Of a stretch of 64,000 nucleotides of DNA, positions 35,722-45,698 are shown piece after piece (the first letter of the stretch is position 1; each line of letters opens with the position of its first letter). Made by a program: the position numbers and the translations under genes. The notes below the pieces were generated by a model, which was given only the letters and a program-made list of their open reading frames with translations, ran no database searches and was not told where the DNA came from. Source of the stretch: an uncultured Gemmatimonadales bacterium (GTDB taxonomy: Bacteria; Gemmatimonadota; Gemmatimonadetes; Palauibacterales; Palauibacteraceae); the NCBI GenBank assembly GCA_963783385.1, contig CAWANJ010000003.1, forward strand, positions 288,001 through 352,000, in the 5' to 3' direction.

Positions 35722-36861
35722 ATGTCCCATTTCGAGTCCCGACCGGCCGAGGCGTTCGACTTCCAGGACATCCGGTACAGCAAGAAGGACTGGGTGGCCC
35801 GGATCACGATCGACCGACCCCACGCGTACAACGCCTACTCGACGCCGGCCCTGCGCGAGCTGGCCATGGCCTTCGAGGACGCGGCCTTCGACGACTCGGT
35901 GGCGGTGGTGGTCTACACGGGCTCCGGCACGGACGCCTTCTGCACGGGGGGCGACGTGAAGGAGTACGAGCGCCTCTACACCGACCGCCCGCGCGACTAC
36001 TGGAAGTACATGCAGCTCTTCCGCGCCTACCTCGAGAGCATCCTGCGCTGCGGCAAGCCGGTCATCGCGCGCCTCAACGGCATGGCGGTGGGCGGCGGTA
36101 ACGAGTCGCAGATGGCCTGCGACCTGGCCCTGATCGCCGAGCACGCGTGGATCGGGCAGGTCGGCACGCGGGTCGGCAGCGTGGCGGCCGGCGGGGCGAC
36201 GCAGTGGCTCCCGATTCTCGTCGGGGACCGACGCGCCCGCGAGATCCTCATGCTCAACGAGCGCATCTCGCCGCAGAAGGCGCTGGACTGGGGGCTCGTG
36301 AACCGGGTGGTCCCCTCCGTGGTTCGCGACGGCGCGTTCGTGAACGGCGCCACCCAGGAGGAGATCGACAAGGCGCGGCGCGGCCAGGACGGCTACGCCC
36401 TCAGCCTCGAGGCCCTGGACCGGGCCGTGGACGAGGTGGTCGACAAGCTCCTGGACAAGTTCGCCGAGTGCACCCGCTTCACCAAGCTCCAGGTCAACGT
36501 GTGGAAGGAGATGGCCTGGAACCAGACGATCGGCGCCGCCGGGGACTGGCTGTCGATCCACTACTCGAGCTTCGAGCCGTGGGAGGGCATGCGGGCGTTC
36601 GTCGAGAAGCGTGCGCCCCGTTACCGGCACCTCCGGGAGCTGGCCGCCTCCGGCGGTTCCAGCGAGTTCGTGTGGGGGCCCTACCGCCGGAGCTGTGCGG
36701 AGTGCGGAGCCGAGGGGATCCCGAGCGGCTTCTCCTTCTGCGGCGCCTGCGGGGCGCCCCTGGGGGAGGCCCACGCCAACGGCGGGCCGGCGGCCGGGGA
36801 GGCGAACGCCGGGGCGCATGCGGCCACCAGCGGGGCCGGCGCCGGGGAAGGCGGGTCGTGA
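35722..36861 (+). CDS. oah: 6-oxocyclohex-1-ene-1-carbonyl-CoA hydrolase (ring-opening crotonase)
   Basis: Crotonase motifs AFCTGGDVKEY and NGMAVGGG, long C-terminus with zinc ribbon CAECG..GIPSGFSFCGACG typical of Oah/BamA/BzdY; operon context. Confidence 0.85.
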   Translation: MSHFESRPAEAFDFQDIRYSKKDWVARITIDRPHAYNAYSTPALRELAMAFEDAAFDDSVAVVVYTGSGTDAFCTGGDVKEYERLYTDRPRDYWKYMQLFRAYLESILRCGKPVIARLNGMAVGGGNESQMACDLALIAEHAWIGQVGTRVGSVAAGGATQWLPILVGDRRAREILMLNERISPQKALDWGLVNRVVPSVVRDGAFVNGATQEEIDKARRGQDGYALSLEALDRAVDEVVDKLLDKFAECTRFTKLQVNVWKEMAWNQTIGAAGDWLSIHYSSFEPWEGMRAFVEKRAPRYRHLRELAASGGSSEFVWGPYRRSCAECGAEGIPSGFSFCGACGAPLGEAHANGGPAAGEANAGAHAATSGAGAGEGGS

Positions 36862-36880
36862 GCGGGCCGGGGGCCGGCTC

Positions 36881-37663
36881 GTGAGCGCCCCGGTGGAAAC
36901 GGGCTCCCGGGTCCGGTGCGAGCGGGACGGGGGAATCCTGCGCCTGGTCCTGGACCGGCCGCCCCTCAACGTGGCCGACGTGGCGATGCTCGAGGCCCTG
37001 GACGCGGCCCTCCACTCCGAGGCGACGTCGCCGGACACGCGAGTGGTCGTCCTGGCCGGGGCCGGACGCGCGTTCTGCGCCGGTGCGGACGTGGCGGACC
37101 ACGTGCCGGCGCGCGCTCCGGCGATGATCCGCGCCTTCGGTCGTGTCATTCGTGGGCTGCTGGATGTGGAGGTGCCGAGCGTGGCCGCGGTGCACGGGGC
37201 GGCGCTCGGCGGGGGCTGCGAGCTGGCGATGGCCTGTGACCTGGTGTGGGCGCGCGAGGATGCGCGGCTCGGTCAGCCCGAGGTCAGGGTGGGGGCCTTC
37301 CCGCCGGCGGCGGCCGCTCTCCTGCCACGGCTGGTGGGGCCGCAGGCGGCCCTGGATCTGGTGCTCACCGGGCGCACGATCGGGGCCGAGGAAGCGCTGC
37401 GGATAGGGCTCGTGAGCCGCGTCCTCCCCGTGGACTCCTTCGATGCCGACGTGCGCTCGATGGCCGCCGAGCTGGCCGGGTTCAGCCGTCCCGTGCTGGG
37501 CGTGGCGCGCCGGGCCGTGCGCGAGGCGATCGGCCGGCCGCTGGGGACCGCCCTCGACCGTGCCGAGTCGCTGTACCTCGAGGAGCTCCTCCCGCTCCGG
37601 GACGCGGCGGAGGGGGTGGCGGCGTTCATGGAGAAGCGCGAGCCGGCCTGGAGGGACGCGTGA
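36881..37663 (+). CDS. dch: Cyclohexa-1,5-dienecarbonyl-CoA hydratase (enoyl-CoA hydratase family)
   Basis: LDRPPLNV, AFCAGADVADH, GAALGGGCEL, GQPE..VG.FPP, ESLYLEELL..DAAEG..AF.EKR.P.W; next to reductase genes. Confidence 0.8.
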   Translation: MSAPVETGSRVRCERDGGILRLVLDRPPLNVADVAMLEALDAALHSEATSPDTRVVVLAGAGRAFCAGADVADHVPARAPAMIRAFGRVIRGLLDVEVPSVAAVHGAALGGGCELAMACDLVWAREDARLGQPEVRVGAFPPAAAALLPRLVGPQAALDLVLTGRTIGAEEALRIGLVSRVLPVDSFDADVRSMAAELAGFSRPVLGVARRAVREAIGRPLGTALDRAESLYLEELLPLRDAAEGVAAFMEKREPAWRDA

Positions 37664-37697
37664 GCCGGCCGGAAACCAGGGGATCGAGAGGTGTGCC

Positions 37698-38968
37698 GTG
37701 AGCATTCGAAACGGTACGGCGGGGGCCGCGGGCCGGGACCCGGGACGCGAGGCGCGCGAGGCCGCCGTCCGGGAGCTGGTGCCGCAGGGCTCCGGGGCGC
37801 CGCTCCAGGAGACCCTCGCGGCCCTCAGGGAGCTGGTCGAGGACACCACCTTCCCGACCGTGCGCGCCTGGCGCGAGGAGGGTGGGAAGGTGCTCGGCCA
37901 CTTCCAGGTCTACTTCCCGGAGGAGCTGGCGCACGCGGCCGGCATGCTCCCGGTCAAGATGCGGGGCGGCACGGTGGAGCGCCGCGAGGCGGACTCCCAC
38001 TTCGGCTCCTACATCTGCTCGGTGCTGCGCACCACCCTGGAGCTGGCCCTCACGGGACGGCTGGTGCCGGACCTGTTCGTCACCCACCCGATCTGTGACG
38101 CCGCCAGGAACCTGGCCGGGATCTGGGCTCGCACCCTGGACGTCCCGGTGGAGATCCTCTACTTCCCGCAGAATCCGAACTCGGCCTTCTCGGCCGACTA
38201 CCTGGCCAGCGAGTACCTGCGCGTCCTCGAGGACATCGAGGACGTGGCCGGACGCCGCGTGAGCACGGACGACCTCCGGGGCTCGATCCGGGTGTTCAAC
38301 GAGAACCGGCGCCTCCTGCGCGCCCTGTACCGCATCAAGCGCGAGGAGCCGTGGCAGCTGCCGGTGGACGAGGCCTACGTGCTCACGACGGTCGGGGGGC
38401 TCATCACCCGGGAGGAGCACAACGAGCTCCTCTCGGGGCTCCTGCCCCGCATCCAGGAGCGCGACGCCCGGCAGCCAGGACAAGATCCGCGTGGTCTTCG
38501 AGGGCGGCTTCTGCGAGCAGCCCCCGCTCGACCTGCTCGGGCGCCATCGCGGAGTTCTGCTACGTGGTGGACGACGACCTGCTGATCGGCCTGCGCTGGA
38601 TCCTGTCCGACGTGCCCCGCACGCCGGCGACCCCGTGGCACGACCTCGCCGCGGCGTACCTGGACGACTCCTCCTACAGCCCCGTGCAGCACGACCTGCG
38701 CAAGCCCAAGGAGAAGATGCTGCTGGAGCGCATCCGGAACGGGGCGGAGGCACAGGCCTGCATCGTGGCCGCGGCCAAGATGTGCGAGCCCGGCCTCGAC
38801 GAGCAGGTGGCCTACTCGCAGGCGCTCGACGAGGAGGGCATCCCCTACTTCGTCACGGAGTTCGAGGAGCGCATGAGCACCTTCGGCCACCTGCAGATCC
38901 AGCTCGAGACCTTCGTCGAGAACCACCTGCTGTTCGGGGAAACGGCGGCCAAGGGAGGCAAGCGATGA
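37698..38968 (+). CDS. bcrC: Class I benzoyl-CoA reductase subunit C (HgdB family); two frameshifts at about 38475-38545
   Basis: [59 protein letters not shown]; pieces in three frames. Confidence 0.82.
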
Positions 38969-40298
38969 CCACGACCACCGACATCGTGGGCCGCGGCGCC
39001 CGCGAGGGCCGCCGCCTGTTCGAGGGATGGTTCGACGAGCTCACCCGGACGGCGGAGGAGGGCCGGCCGGCCGCGTACGTGTTCGTCATGGGGAGCCTGT
39101 GCGAGATCCTGCGCACCTTCGACCTGCCGGCGGTGTTCCCGGAGATCCACTCGCTGCAGACCGCCGTGCGCCACGTGGCGGACGAGTACCTGAGCCAGGC
39201 CGAGGACGAGGGCTTCTCGCCGGACGTATGCGGCTACGTCAAGGCGGACTACGCGCTCCAGCTCCGGGGGGGCGAGCACCCCATGGGGCGGATCCCGCCC
39301 CCGTCCATCGCGCTCCTCACCAACGCCTGCAACACCTACGTGAAGTGGGCGGAGATCTGGGAGCGCATGTACGGCACCCCCGTCTTTACCCTGGACGTCC
39401 CGGGCACGCGCCAGCCCGTCAACATTGGCGGCATGGGTCCGACGCCCGACTCCGGAGGACCCGGCGCGACGCACGATCCCGGCGGCTTCGCGCGGGATCG
39501 GCGCTACGTGGAGGGCCAGCTCCGGGAGATCATCGACGCGTGCGAGGAGGTCTCGGGGGTGGCGTTCGACATCGACCGGCTACGGGAGGTCCTGCGGCTG
39601 ACCAACGACATGGCGGCCAGCTGGCGCAGGCTTCTCGAGCTCAACCGGCACCGGCCCGCGGCCTTCGACGCCATGCTCGAGGGCACGATCTACCTGGGCG
39701 TGGCCAACGTGCTGCGCGGCACCGAGGAGGGCGCGGCCTACTTCCGCGACCTGGTCGAGGAGATGGAGCTGCGGACCCGGGAGGGGCTGGGGCCCCTGGG
39801 GGCGCGCGTGGAGGAGAAGCACCGCCTGGCCTTCGTGGGCGTGCCCTGCTACCCGATATTCCGCCGCTTCTACGAGCTGTTCTCGGAGTGGGGCGGGGTG
39901 TTCGTCGGCTCCACCTACACCTGGTTCGCCTCGGGCGGACTGGACGAGTCGTTCGAGTACGACCTCGACCACCCCATGGAGAGCCTGGCCGAGGGGGTCC
40001 TGCTCACCGTCCGCCGGGCCATGGACAGCCTCATGCTTTCCAGGACCGCTCGCTCATCCAGGCTATGGACGAGTTCGGGATCGACGGCGTGGTCTACCAC
40101 CCGATCAAGAGCTGCCGGACGGTGTCCACCGGCCTGGCCGCCAGCCGCCGCGCGCTGCTCGACGCGCGCGACGTGCTGTGCCTCTACATCGAGTCGGACA
40201 TGATGGACAAGCGGGTCGTGTCCGAGGCGCAGCTCAAGAACCGCATCGACGCGTTCTTCGAGGGACTCGAGTCCCGGCGCCTACGGAGGGAAGCATGA
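38965..40298 (+). CDS. bcrB: Class I benzoyl-CoA reductase subunit B (HgdA family); frameshift near 40035
   Basis: [64 protein letters not shown]. Confidence 0.85.
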
Positions 40299-41113
40299 GC
40301 TACGCGGCGGGCGTGGACGTCGGCTCCACGCAGACCAAGGCGGTGATCGTGGACCGGCACGCCGAGATCGTCGGACGGAGCCTCATCCCCACGGGCGCCG
40401 ACGTGGTGGCGGCCGCCCAGCGCGCCTACGACCTGGCGCTGGAGGAGGCGGGCGTCGGGGCCGGGCAGGTGGGGAGCGTGGTCGGCACGGGCTACGGCCG
40501 CTACAAGGTGGAGTTCGGCGACACGCAGGTGACCGAGATCGTGTGCCACGCCCGGGGCGCGGCCAAGATGTTCCCGGGCACGCGCACCGTGCTCGACATG
40601 GGCGGCCAGGACACCAAGGCCATCCGCGTGCAGGCGGGCGGCGAGGTGGTCGACTTCTGCATGAACGACAAGTGCGCCGCCGGGACCGGCCGCTTCCTGC
40701 AGTCGGCCGCCGCGGCGCTCGAGCTCCGCCTGGACCAGCTCGGCCCCACGGCCCTGCGCGGCAAGCGCCCGGTGGAGATCACCACCACCTGCACCGTGTT
40801 CGCCGAGTCCGAGGTGCTCTCGTGGCTGAGCCGGGGCCGCAAGGTGGAGGACATCCTGGCGGGGGTGCACCGCTCCATCGGCTCCCGCTCCTTCGGGCTG
40901 CTCAAGCGGGTGGGGATCGAGGACGAGATCACCTTCACGGGAGGCGTCACCCGGAACGCGGCCATGGTGGCCGTGCTCGAGGAGATCCTGGACTCCCGCA
41001 TGAACGTGAGCGAGGACTCGCACTACATGGGCGCCCTGGGCGCCGCCCTGTTCGCCAGGGAGCGGGCGTCGGGCGCCCCGACTCCGGCCGGCGCCGGGGA
41101 GGGGGCCGCATGA
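40295..41113 (+). CDS. Benzoyl-CoA reductase ATP-binding subunit (short BcrA/BzdQ-like ASKHA activase, 272 aa)
   Basis: [54 protein letters not shown]. Confidence 0.9.
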   Translation: MSYAAGVDVGSTQTKAVIVDRHAEIVGRSLIPTGADVVAAAQRAYDLALEEAGVGAGQVGSVVGTGYGRYKVEFGDTQVTEIVCHARGAAKMFPGTRTVLDMGGQDTKAIRVQAGGEVVDFCMNDKCAAGTGRFLQSAAAALELRLDQLGPTALRGKRPVEITTTCTVFAESEVLSWLSRGRKVEDILAGVHRSIGSRSFGLLKRVGIEDEITFTGGVTRNAAMVAVLEEILDSRMNVSEDSHYMGALGAALFARERASGAPTPAGAGEGAA

Positions 41114-41925
41114 GCATCGCGGCGGGCGTCGACATCGGCTCGACCCACACCAAGGCCGCCCTGCTGGTGGACGGCGAGCTGGCCGGGACCGCCATCCGGC
41201 ACACCGGCTTCCGGCTCGAGGAGGCCGCGAGGGAGGCGCTGGAGGAGGCCTGCTCGGTGGTGGACATCCGGCCCGAGGACGTCGACTACCTGACCACGAC
41301 GGGCTACGGGCGCAACCGGATCGCCGAGCGTGACCTCCAGGTGACCGACCTCACGGCGCAGGCGTGGGGCGCGCGGCGCTTCTTCCCGGCCACGCGCACC
41401 GTGCTGGACGTGGGAGGCCAGACCATGAAGGCCCTGCGCCTGGACGACGTGGGGCGCGTGGTCTCCTTCCGGCTCAACGACAAGTGCGCGGCCGGCACGG
41501 GCGCCTTCCTCGAGAAGACGGCCCGCTACCTGGGCCATCCCGTCGAGGAGATCGGCGACGTGGCCGCCGGCGCGACGGAGGCCGTGCCGATCTCGGGCGT
41601 GTGCGCCGTGTTCGCCGAGTCCGAGGTCATCAACCACGTGAGCCAGGGCCGCCGGGCGCCCGAGATCCTGCGGGGCGCCATGGAGTCCCTGGTCGAGAAG
41701 TCCGTGCGTCTCATGAAGCGCGTCGGCCTCGAGCCGGAGTTCACCCTGGTGGGCGGCATCATGCGCTTCCCGACCATGGTCGAGGTGATGCGACGCGACC
41801 TGGCCGAGGAGGTGAACGTCCCGGCCGGGGAGCTGGTCCAGTTCACCGGCGCCATAGGGGCCGCCGTCCTCTCGGCCTACCGGCTCGAGCAGGCGCGCGG
41901 GGCCCCCGCGGCGCGGATCGCCTGA
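41110..41925 (+). CDS. Benzoyl-CoA reductase second ATP-binding subunit (BcrD/BzdP-like, 271 aa)
   Basis: [44 protein letters not shown]. Confidence 0.9.
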   Translation: MSIAAGVDIGSTHTKAALLVDGELAGTAIRHTGFRLEEAAREALEEACSVVDIRPEDVDYLTTTGYGRNRIAERDLQVTDLTAQAWGARRFFPATRTVLDVGGQTMKALRLDDVGRVVSFRLNDKCAAGTGAFLEKTARYLGHPVEEIGDVAAGATEAVPISGVCAVFAESEVINHVSQGRRAPEILRGAMESLVEKSVRLMKRVGLEPEFTLVGGIMRFPTMVEVMRRDLAEEVNVPAGELVQFTGAIGAAVLSAYRLEQARGAPAARIA

Positions 41926-41932
41926 GGGCGCC

Positions 41933-42145
41933 GTGGACACCGTGCACGCCGAGCGGCTGGCGCCCTGGGTCAAGCGCTTCGTGGCGACCCCGAACCGGGC
42001 CCGGGAGGCCGCCGAGATCTATGAGCGGCTGGGGCACGAGGTGCGCCTCGAACCCGCCGCGGGAGAGGACCTCCCGGACGGCTGCGAGGGCTGCGCCCTG
42101 GCGCTGGGCCTGTTCCAAACCGTGTACACCAGGAGTCTGACATGA
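41933..42145 (+). CDS. 70-aa hypothetical CxxC protein in the benzoyl-CoA reductase operon
   Basis: Fills the gap between reductase and had, GAGG RBS, stop overlaps had start (ATGA); WVKRF....[18 protein letters not shown]...CEGC...VYTR. Confidence 0.75.
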   Translation: MDTVHAERLAPWVKRFVATPNRAREAAEIYERLGHEVRLEPAAGEDLPDGCEGCALALGLFQTVYTRSLT

Positions 42146-43185
42146 GAGCGGCGGTGTTCCACGGGGCCGGCCAGCCCCTCACCCTGGAGGAAGTGGCCCT
42201 CCCCGAGCCTGGACCGGACGACATCGTGGTCCGGGTGGCCGCGTGCGGCGTGTGCCACACCGACCTCCACTACATCGACCACGGGACTCCCACCTTCAAG
42301 GCCCCGCCCCTCATCCTGGGCCACGAGGTGGCGGGCACGGTCCACGCGGTCGGCCGCGACGTGGAGCGGTTCGAGACGGGCGCGCGCGTGCTCCTCCCGG
42401 CGGTCCTCCCGTGCGGCACCTGCCGCATGTGCCGCACGGGCCGGGAGAACATCTGCGAGAACGGCCTCATGCTCGGGAACCACATCGACGGGGGCTACGC
42501 CGAGTTCATCCGCGTGCCGGCCCGCGACGCCTTCCGGCTCCCCGAGGAGATCCCCCTGGTCGAGGGCTCGATCATCGCCGACGCGCTCACCACGCCCTAC
42601 CACGCCGTGGTGAACCGGGGCCGCGTGATCCCGGGCGACGTGGTCGTGGTCGTGGGCTGCGGCGGGATCGGCCTCAACGTGGTGCAGATGGCGGCCGCCG
42701 TCGGCGCCCGGGTGGTGGCGGTGGACCTCAATCCCGCCAAGCTCGAGTGGGCCCGGAAGCTGGGGGCCGCCGAGACGCTGGACTCGGGCGCGACCGACCG
42801 CCCGGACCGCGCCCTGCGCGAGCTCACGGGCGGCGGCGCGGACGTGGCCTTCGAGGCGGTCGGCCACGCGGCCACCCAGGAGCTGGCCCTCGGCAGCCTG
42901 CGCAGCGGCGGGCGGCTCGTCCTGGTGGGCTACAGCCCGGAGACCATGGCGCTCAACGCCGGACGGGTCATGTTCCGCGAGCTCGAGGTGATGGGGTCCC
43001 TGGGCTGCCGGCCGGTGGACTATCCCCGCGCCATCGAGCTGGCCCGCCAGGGCCGCGTGCGGGTGGTCGAGCTCGTCACCCACCGCTTCCCGCTCGAGGA
43101 GATCGACCGGGCGTTCGACGTCCTGCGCTCGGGCGAGGCCATCCGGGCCGTGGTGACGCCGGGCGCCGAGGCGGTGCCGGCGTGA
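42142..43185 (+). CDS. had: 6-hydroxycyclohex-1-ene-1-carbonyl-CoA dehydrogenase (Zn-dependent MDR family)
   Basis: [25 protein letters not shown].......[21 protein letters not shown]; operon context. Confidence 0.85.
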   Translation: MRAAVFHGAGQPLTLEEVALPEPGPDDIVVRVAACGVCHTDLHYIDHGTPTFKAPPLILGHEVAGTVHAVGRDVERFETGARVLLPAVLPCGTCRMCRTGRENICENGLMLGNHIDGGYAEFIRVPARDAFRLPEEIPLVEGSIIADALTTPYHAVVNRGRVIPGDVVVVVGCGGIGLNVVQMAAAVGARVVAVDLNPAKLEWARKLGAAETLDSGATDRPDRALRELTGGGADVAFEAVGHAATQELALGSLRSGGRLVLVGYSPETMALNAGRVMFRELEVMGSLGCRPVDYPRAIELARQGRVRVVELVTHRFPLEEIDRAFDVLRSGEAIRAVVTPGAEAVPA

Positions 43186-43198
43186 CGGGGCCCGTCTG

Positions 43199-43673
43199 AT
43201 GGGGCCGGCGGCAGCAGCCGACGGACCGCCGCGGGTCACGGACGCGCTGCGCGGCGAGCACGGCGCCCTGTACGCGCTGTTCGGGGCAATCCGCGACCTC
43301 CTGGACGAGGCGACCTCGGACGGCGCCCGGGCGCGCCTGCTCGCGCCGGCTCCTCGCCCCGGTGCTCGCCTCGCACGCCGGACCTCGAGGACGGGCTCCT
43401 TCTCGCCCGCGTTCGAGGGTGCGGGAGCCCGGCCCTCTGGCCGCCATGGAGGAGGAGCATCGCGGCATCGAGGCGCTGCTCGAGGCGCTGGCCCGCGAGC
43501 GGGACGACGCGCGCGTGCGAGACCTCCTCGAGGAGCTCCTGGATGCCGCTCGCCTTCACTTCGAGCGCGAGGAGGTGGCCGCCTTCCCGTTCGCCGAGTC
43601 GCACCTGGAGGATGGGGTCCTCCGCCGGCTCGGGAGCGAGTGGGCCGCCCGCCGCGGGGTGCGGCTGGACTGA
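43199..43673 (+). CDS. Hemerythrin/HHE cation-binding domain protein, frameshifted (about 43330-43435)
   Basis: TDALRGEHGALY, SHA..(LED), MEEEHRGIE, HFEREEVAAFP: H/HxxxE pattern over shifted frames. Confidence 0.7.
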
Positions 43674-43871
43674 GCCCGGGGCGCGCGGTCGGCCACCGTC
43701 CGGCCGCGCGCCCGCCGCCCTCCCACCGCCCATTCTCCTCCCGCCCGTCCGCCCCCCTCCACTGGACCGCACATCCCACCCCGCCTAGCTTTCTCTCCCC
43801 CTGGGTCCGCCCTGACGACCGGGCTCCTCGCGGAGGCCCGGCCCAAGGCCTCCCCGTGAAGCGAGGGTTAC

Positions 43872-45698
43872 ATGAGGCCCACCGACGTATCGGATCCGCA
43901 GTACTTCCACCGCGTGGTGGACTGCCAGTGGGCGTGCCCCGCCCACACCAACGTCCCCGAGTACATCCGGCTCATCGCCGCCGGGCGCTACACCGAGGCC
44001 TACATGCTGAACCGGAAGTCCAACGTATTTCCGGGGATCCTGGGCCGAACGTGCGACCGCCCGTGCGAGCCCGCCTGCCGGCGGACGCGCATCGATGGCG
44101 AGCCGGTGGCCATCTGCCGGCTGAAGCGCGTGGCGGCGGACCTCCGGGGCGACGTGGACGGTCTCCTCCCGGCGGTCCCGGACGAGAAGAACGGGCGCCG
44201 GATCGCCTGCGTCGGGGCCGGGCCGGCCTCTCTCACGGTGGCCAACGACCTCCTGCCGCTGGGTTACGAGGTGACGATCTTCGAGAAGCTCGAGCGCCCC
44301 GGCGGGCTCATGTGGACGAACATCCCCGAGTTCCGCTTGCCGGGCCGCGTCCTGTGGGAGGAAATCGATACCATCCTGGACCTGGGGGTGGACCTCCGGC
44401 TGGGCGCGCCGGTCGAGAGCCTGGCCGCGCTCCTGGAGGGCGACATGGGCGGGCCGTTCGACGCCGTGTTCCTCGGCTCGGGTGCGCCCAAGGGCAAGGA
44501 GCTCGAGCTGCCGGGCCGCCACGACACCGACCGCATCCACATCGGCATCGAGTGGCTGGAGGCCGTGCGCTTCGGGCACGTGGACACGGTCGGCGACCGG
44601 GTGCTGGTCATCGGGGTGGGCAACACGGCCATGGACTGCTGCCGCACGGCCATGCGTCTGGGCGCCTCCGACGTGAAGGTCATGGCGCGCAAGAGCCGCA
44701 AGCACTTCAAGGCCTCGCCGTGGGAGCTCGAGGACGCCGAGGGCGAGGGCGTGCAGATCGTGGAGAACCACGCGCCGTCGCGCTACGTGGTCGAGGACGG
44801 GAAGCTGGTGGGCATGGAGTTCGAGCTCGCCACCTGGCACCCGGGCCCGGACGGCCGACTCAAGAAGGAGACGCACGGGAGCACGACGATCGCCTGCGAC
44901 GAGGTCATCCTGGCCATCGGCCAGGACAACGCCTTCCCCTGGATCGAGCGGGACATCGGAATCGAGTTCGGCGACTGGGACATGCCGGTCGTGGATCGCA
45001 CCACCTTCCAGACCACCCGGCCGGGCGTGTTCGCCGGGGGAGACGCCGCCTGGGGCCCGGAGAACATCATCTGGGCCGTCGAGCACGGTCACCAGGCCGC
45101 CATCTCGATCCACTCGTACTGCGAGGGCCGCCCGCTCGAGGAGCGCCCGGCCTACGGCCAGAACCTCATCAGCGAGAAGATGGGGCTGCACGAGTGGAGC
45201 TACTCGAACGACTACGACGAGGCCGAGCGCGCCCGCATGCGCTACGCGGACCTGGAGCGCCGCCGCGCCCACCTGGACCTGGAGGCGGAGCTGGGGTTCG
45301 ACTTCGACCAGGCCCTCCAGGAGGTCGAGCGCTGCCTGAACTGCGACGTCCAGACCTACTTCACGCGCGAGCTGTGCATCGAGTGCGACGCCTGCGTGGA
45401 CGTGTGTCCGCTCTCGTGCTTGACGATCACGGCCGACGGGCCCGAAATCGAGCTGCGCCAGCGGCTCACGGTGCCGGCCCTCAACCTGGACGAGCCGCTG
45501 TACGCCTCCGACACCCTGCCGCAGACCGGGCGCCTCATGATCAAGGACGAGGACCTCTGCATCCACTGCGGCCTGTGCGCCGAGCGCTGCCCCACGGCCG
45601 CCTGGGACATGCGAAGCTCCGATCTCCTCATTCCGTACGCGGGACTGGACGCCGGCCAGGCGCGCCCGGCGCGCGGCGCGCCCGCGGAGGTCGCGTGA
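43872..45698 (+). CDS. GltD-like FAD/NAD(P) oxidoreductase with C-terminal 2x[4Fe-4S] domain (KorC-like subunit)
   Basis: CQWACPAH, GRTCDRPCEPAC, GAGPAS, IGVGNTAMDC, FAGGD, ERCLNC, CIECDACVDVCP, CIHCGLCAERCP. Confidence 0.88.
   Translation: MRPTDVSDPQYFHRVVDCQWACPAHTNVPEYIRLIAAGRYTEAYMLNRKSNVFPGILGRTCDRPCEPACRRTRIDGEPVAICRLKRVAADLRGDVDGLLPAVPDEKNGRRIACVGAGPASLTVANDLLPLGYEVTIFEKLERPGGLMWTNIPEFRLPGRVLWEEIDTILDLGVDLRLGAPVESLAALLEGDMGGPFDAVFLGSGAPKGKELELPGRHDTDRIHIGIEWLEAVRFGHVDTVGDRVLVIGVGNTAMDCCRTAMRLGASDVKVMARKSRKHFKASPWELEDAEGEGVQIVENHAPSRYVVEDGKLVGMEFELATWHPGPDGRLKKETHGSTTIACDEVILAIGQDNAFPWIERDIGIEFGDWDMPVVDRTTFQTTRPGVFAGGDAAWGPENIIWAVEHGHQAAISIHSYCEGRPLEERPAYGQNLISEKMGLHEWSYSNDYDEAERARMRYADLERRRAHLDLEAELGFDFDQALQEVERCLNCDVQTYFTRELCIECDACVDVCPLSCLTITADGPEIELRQRLTVPALNLDEPLYASDTLPQTGRLMIKDEDLCIHCGLCAERCPTAAWDMRSSDLLIPYAGLDAGQARPARGAPAEVA

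Noticed and set aside
38470-40040. Programmed frameshifting or recoding in bcrC/bcrB
   Set aside because: No slippery sequence or stimulatory structure, and similar indels occur in unrelated genes
37698-41925. 2-hydroxyacyl-CoA dehydratase plus activator interpretation
   Set aside because: Two distinct ATPase subunits and adjacent oah, dch and had favour benzoyl-CoA reductase
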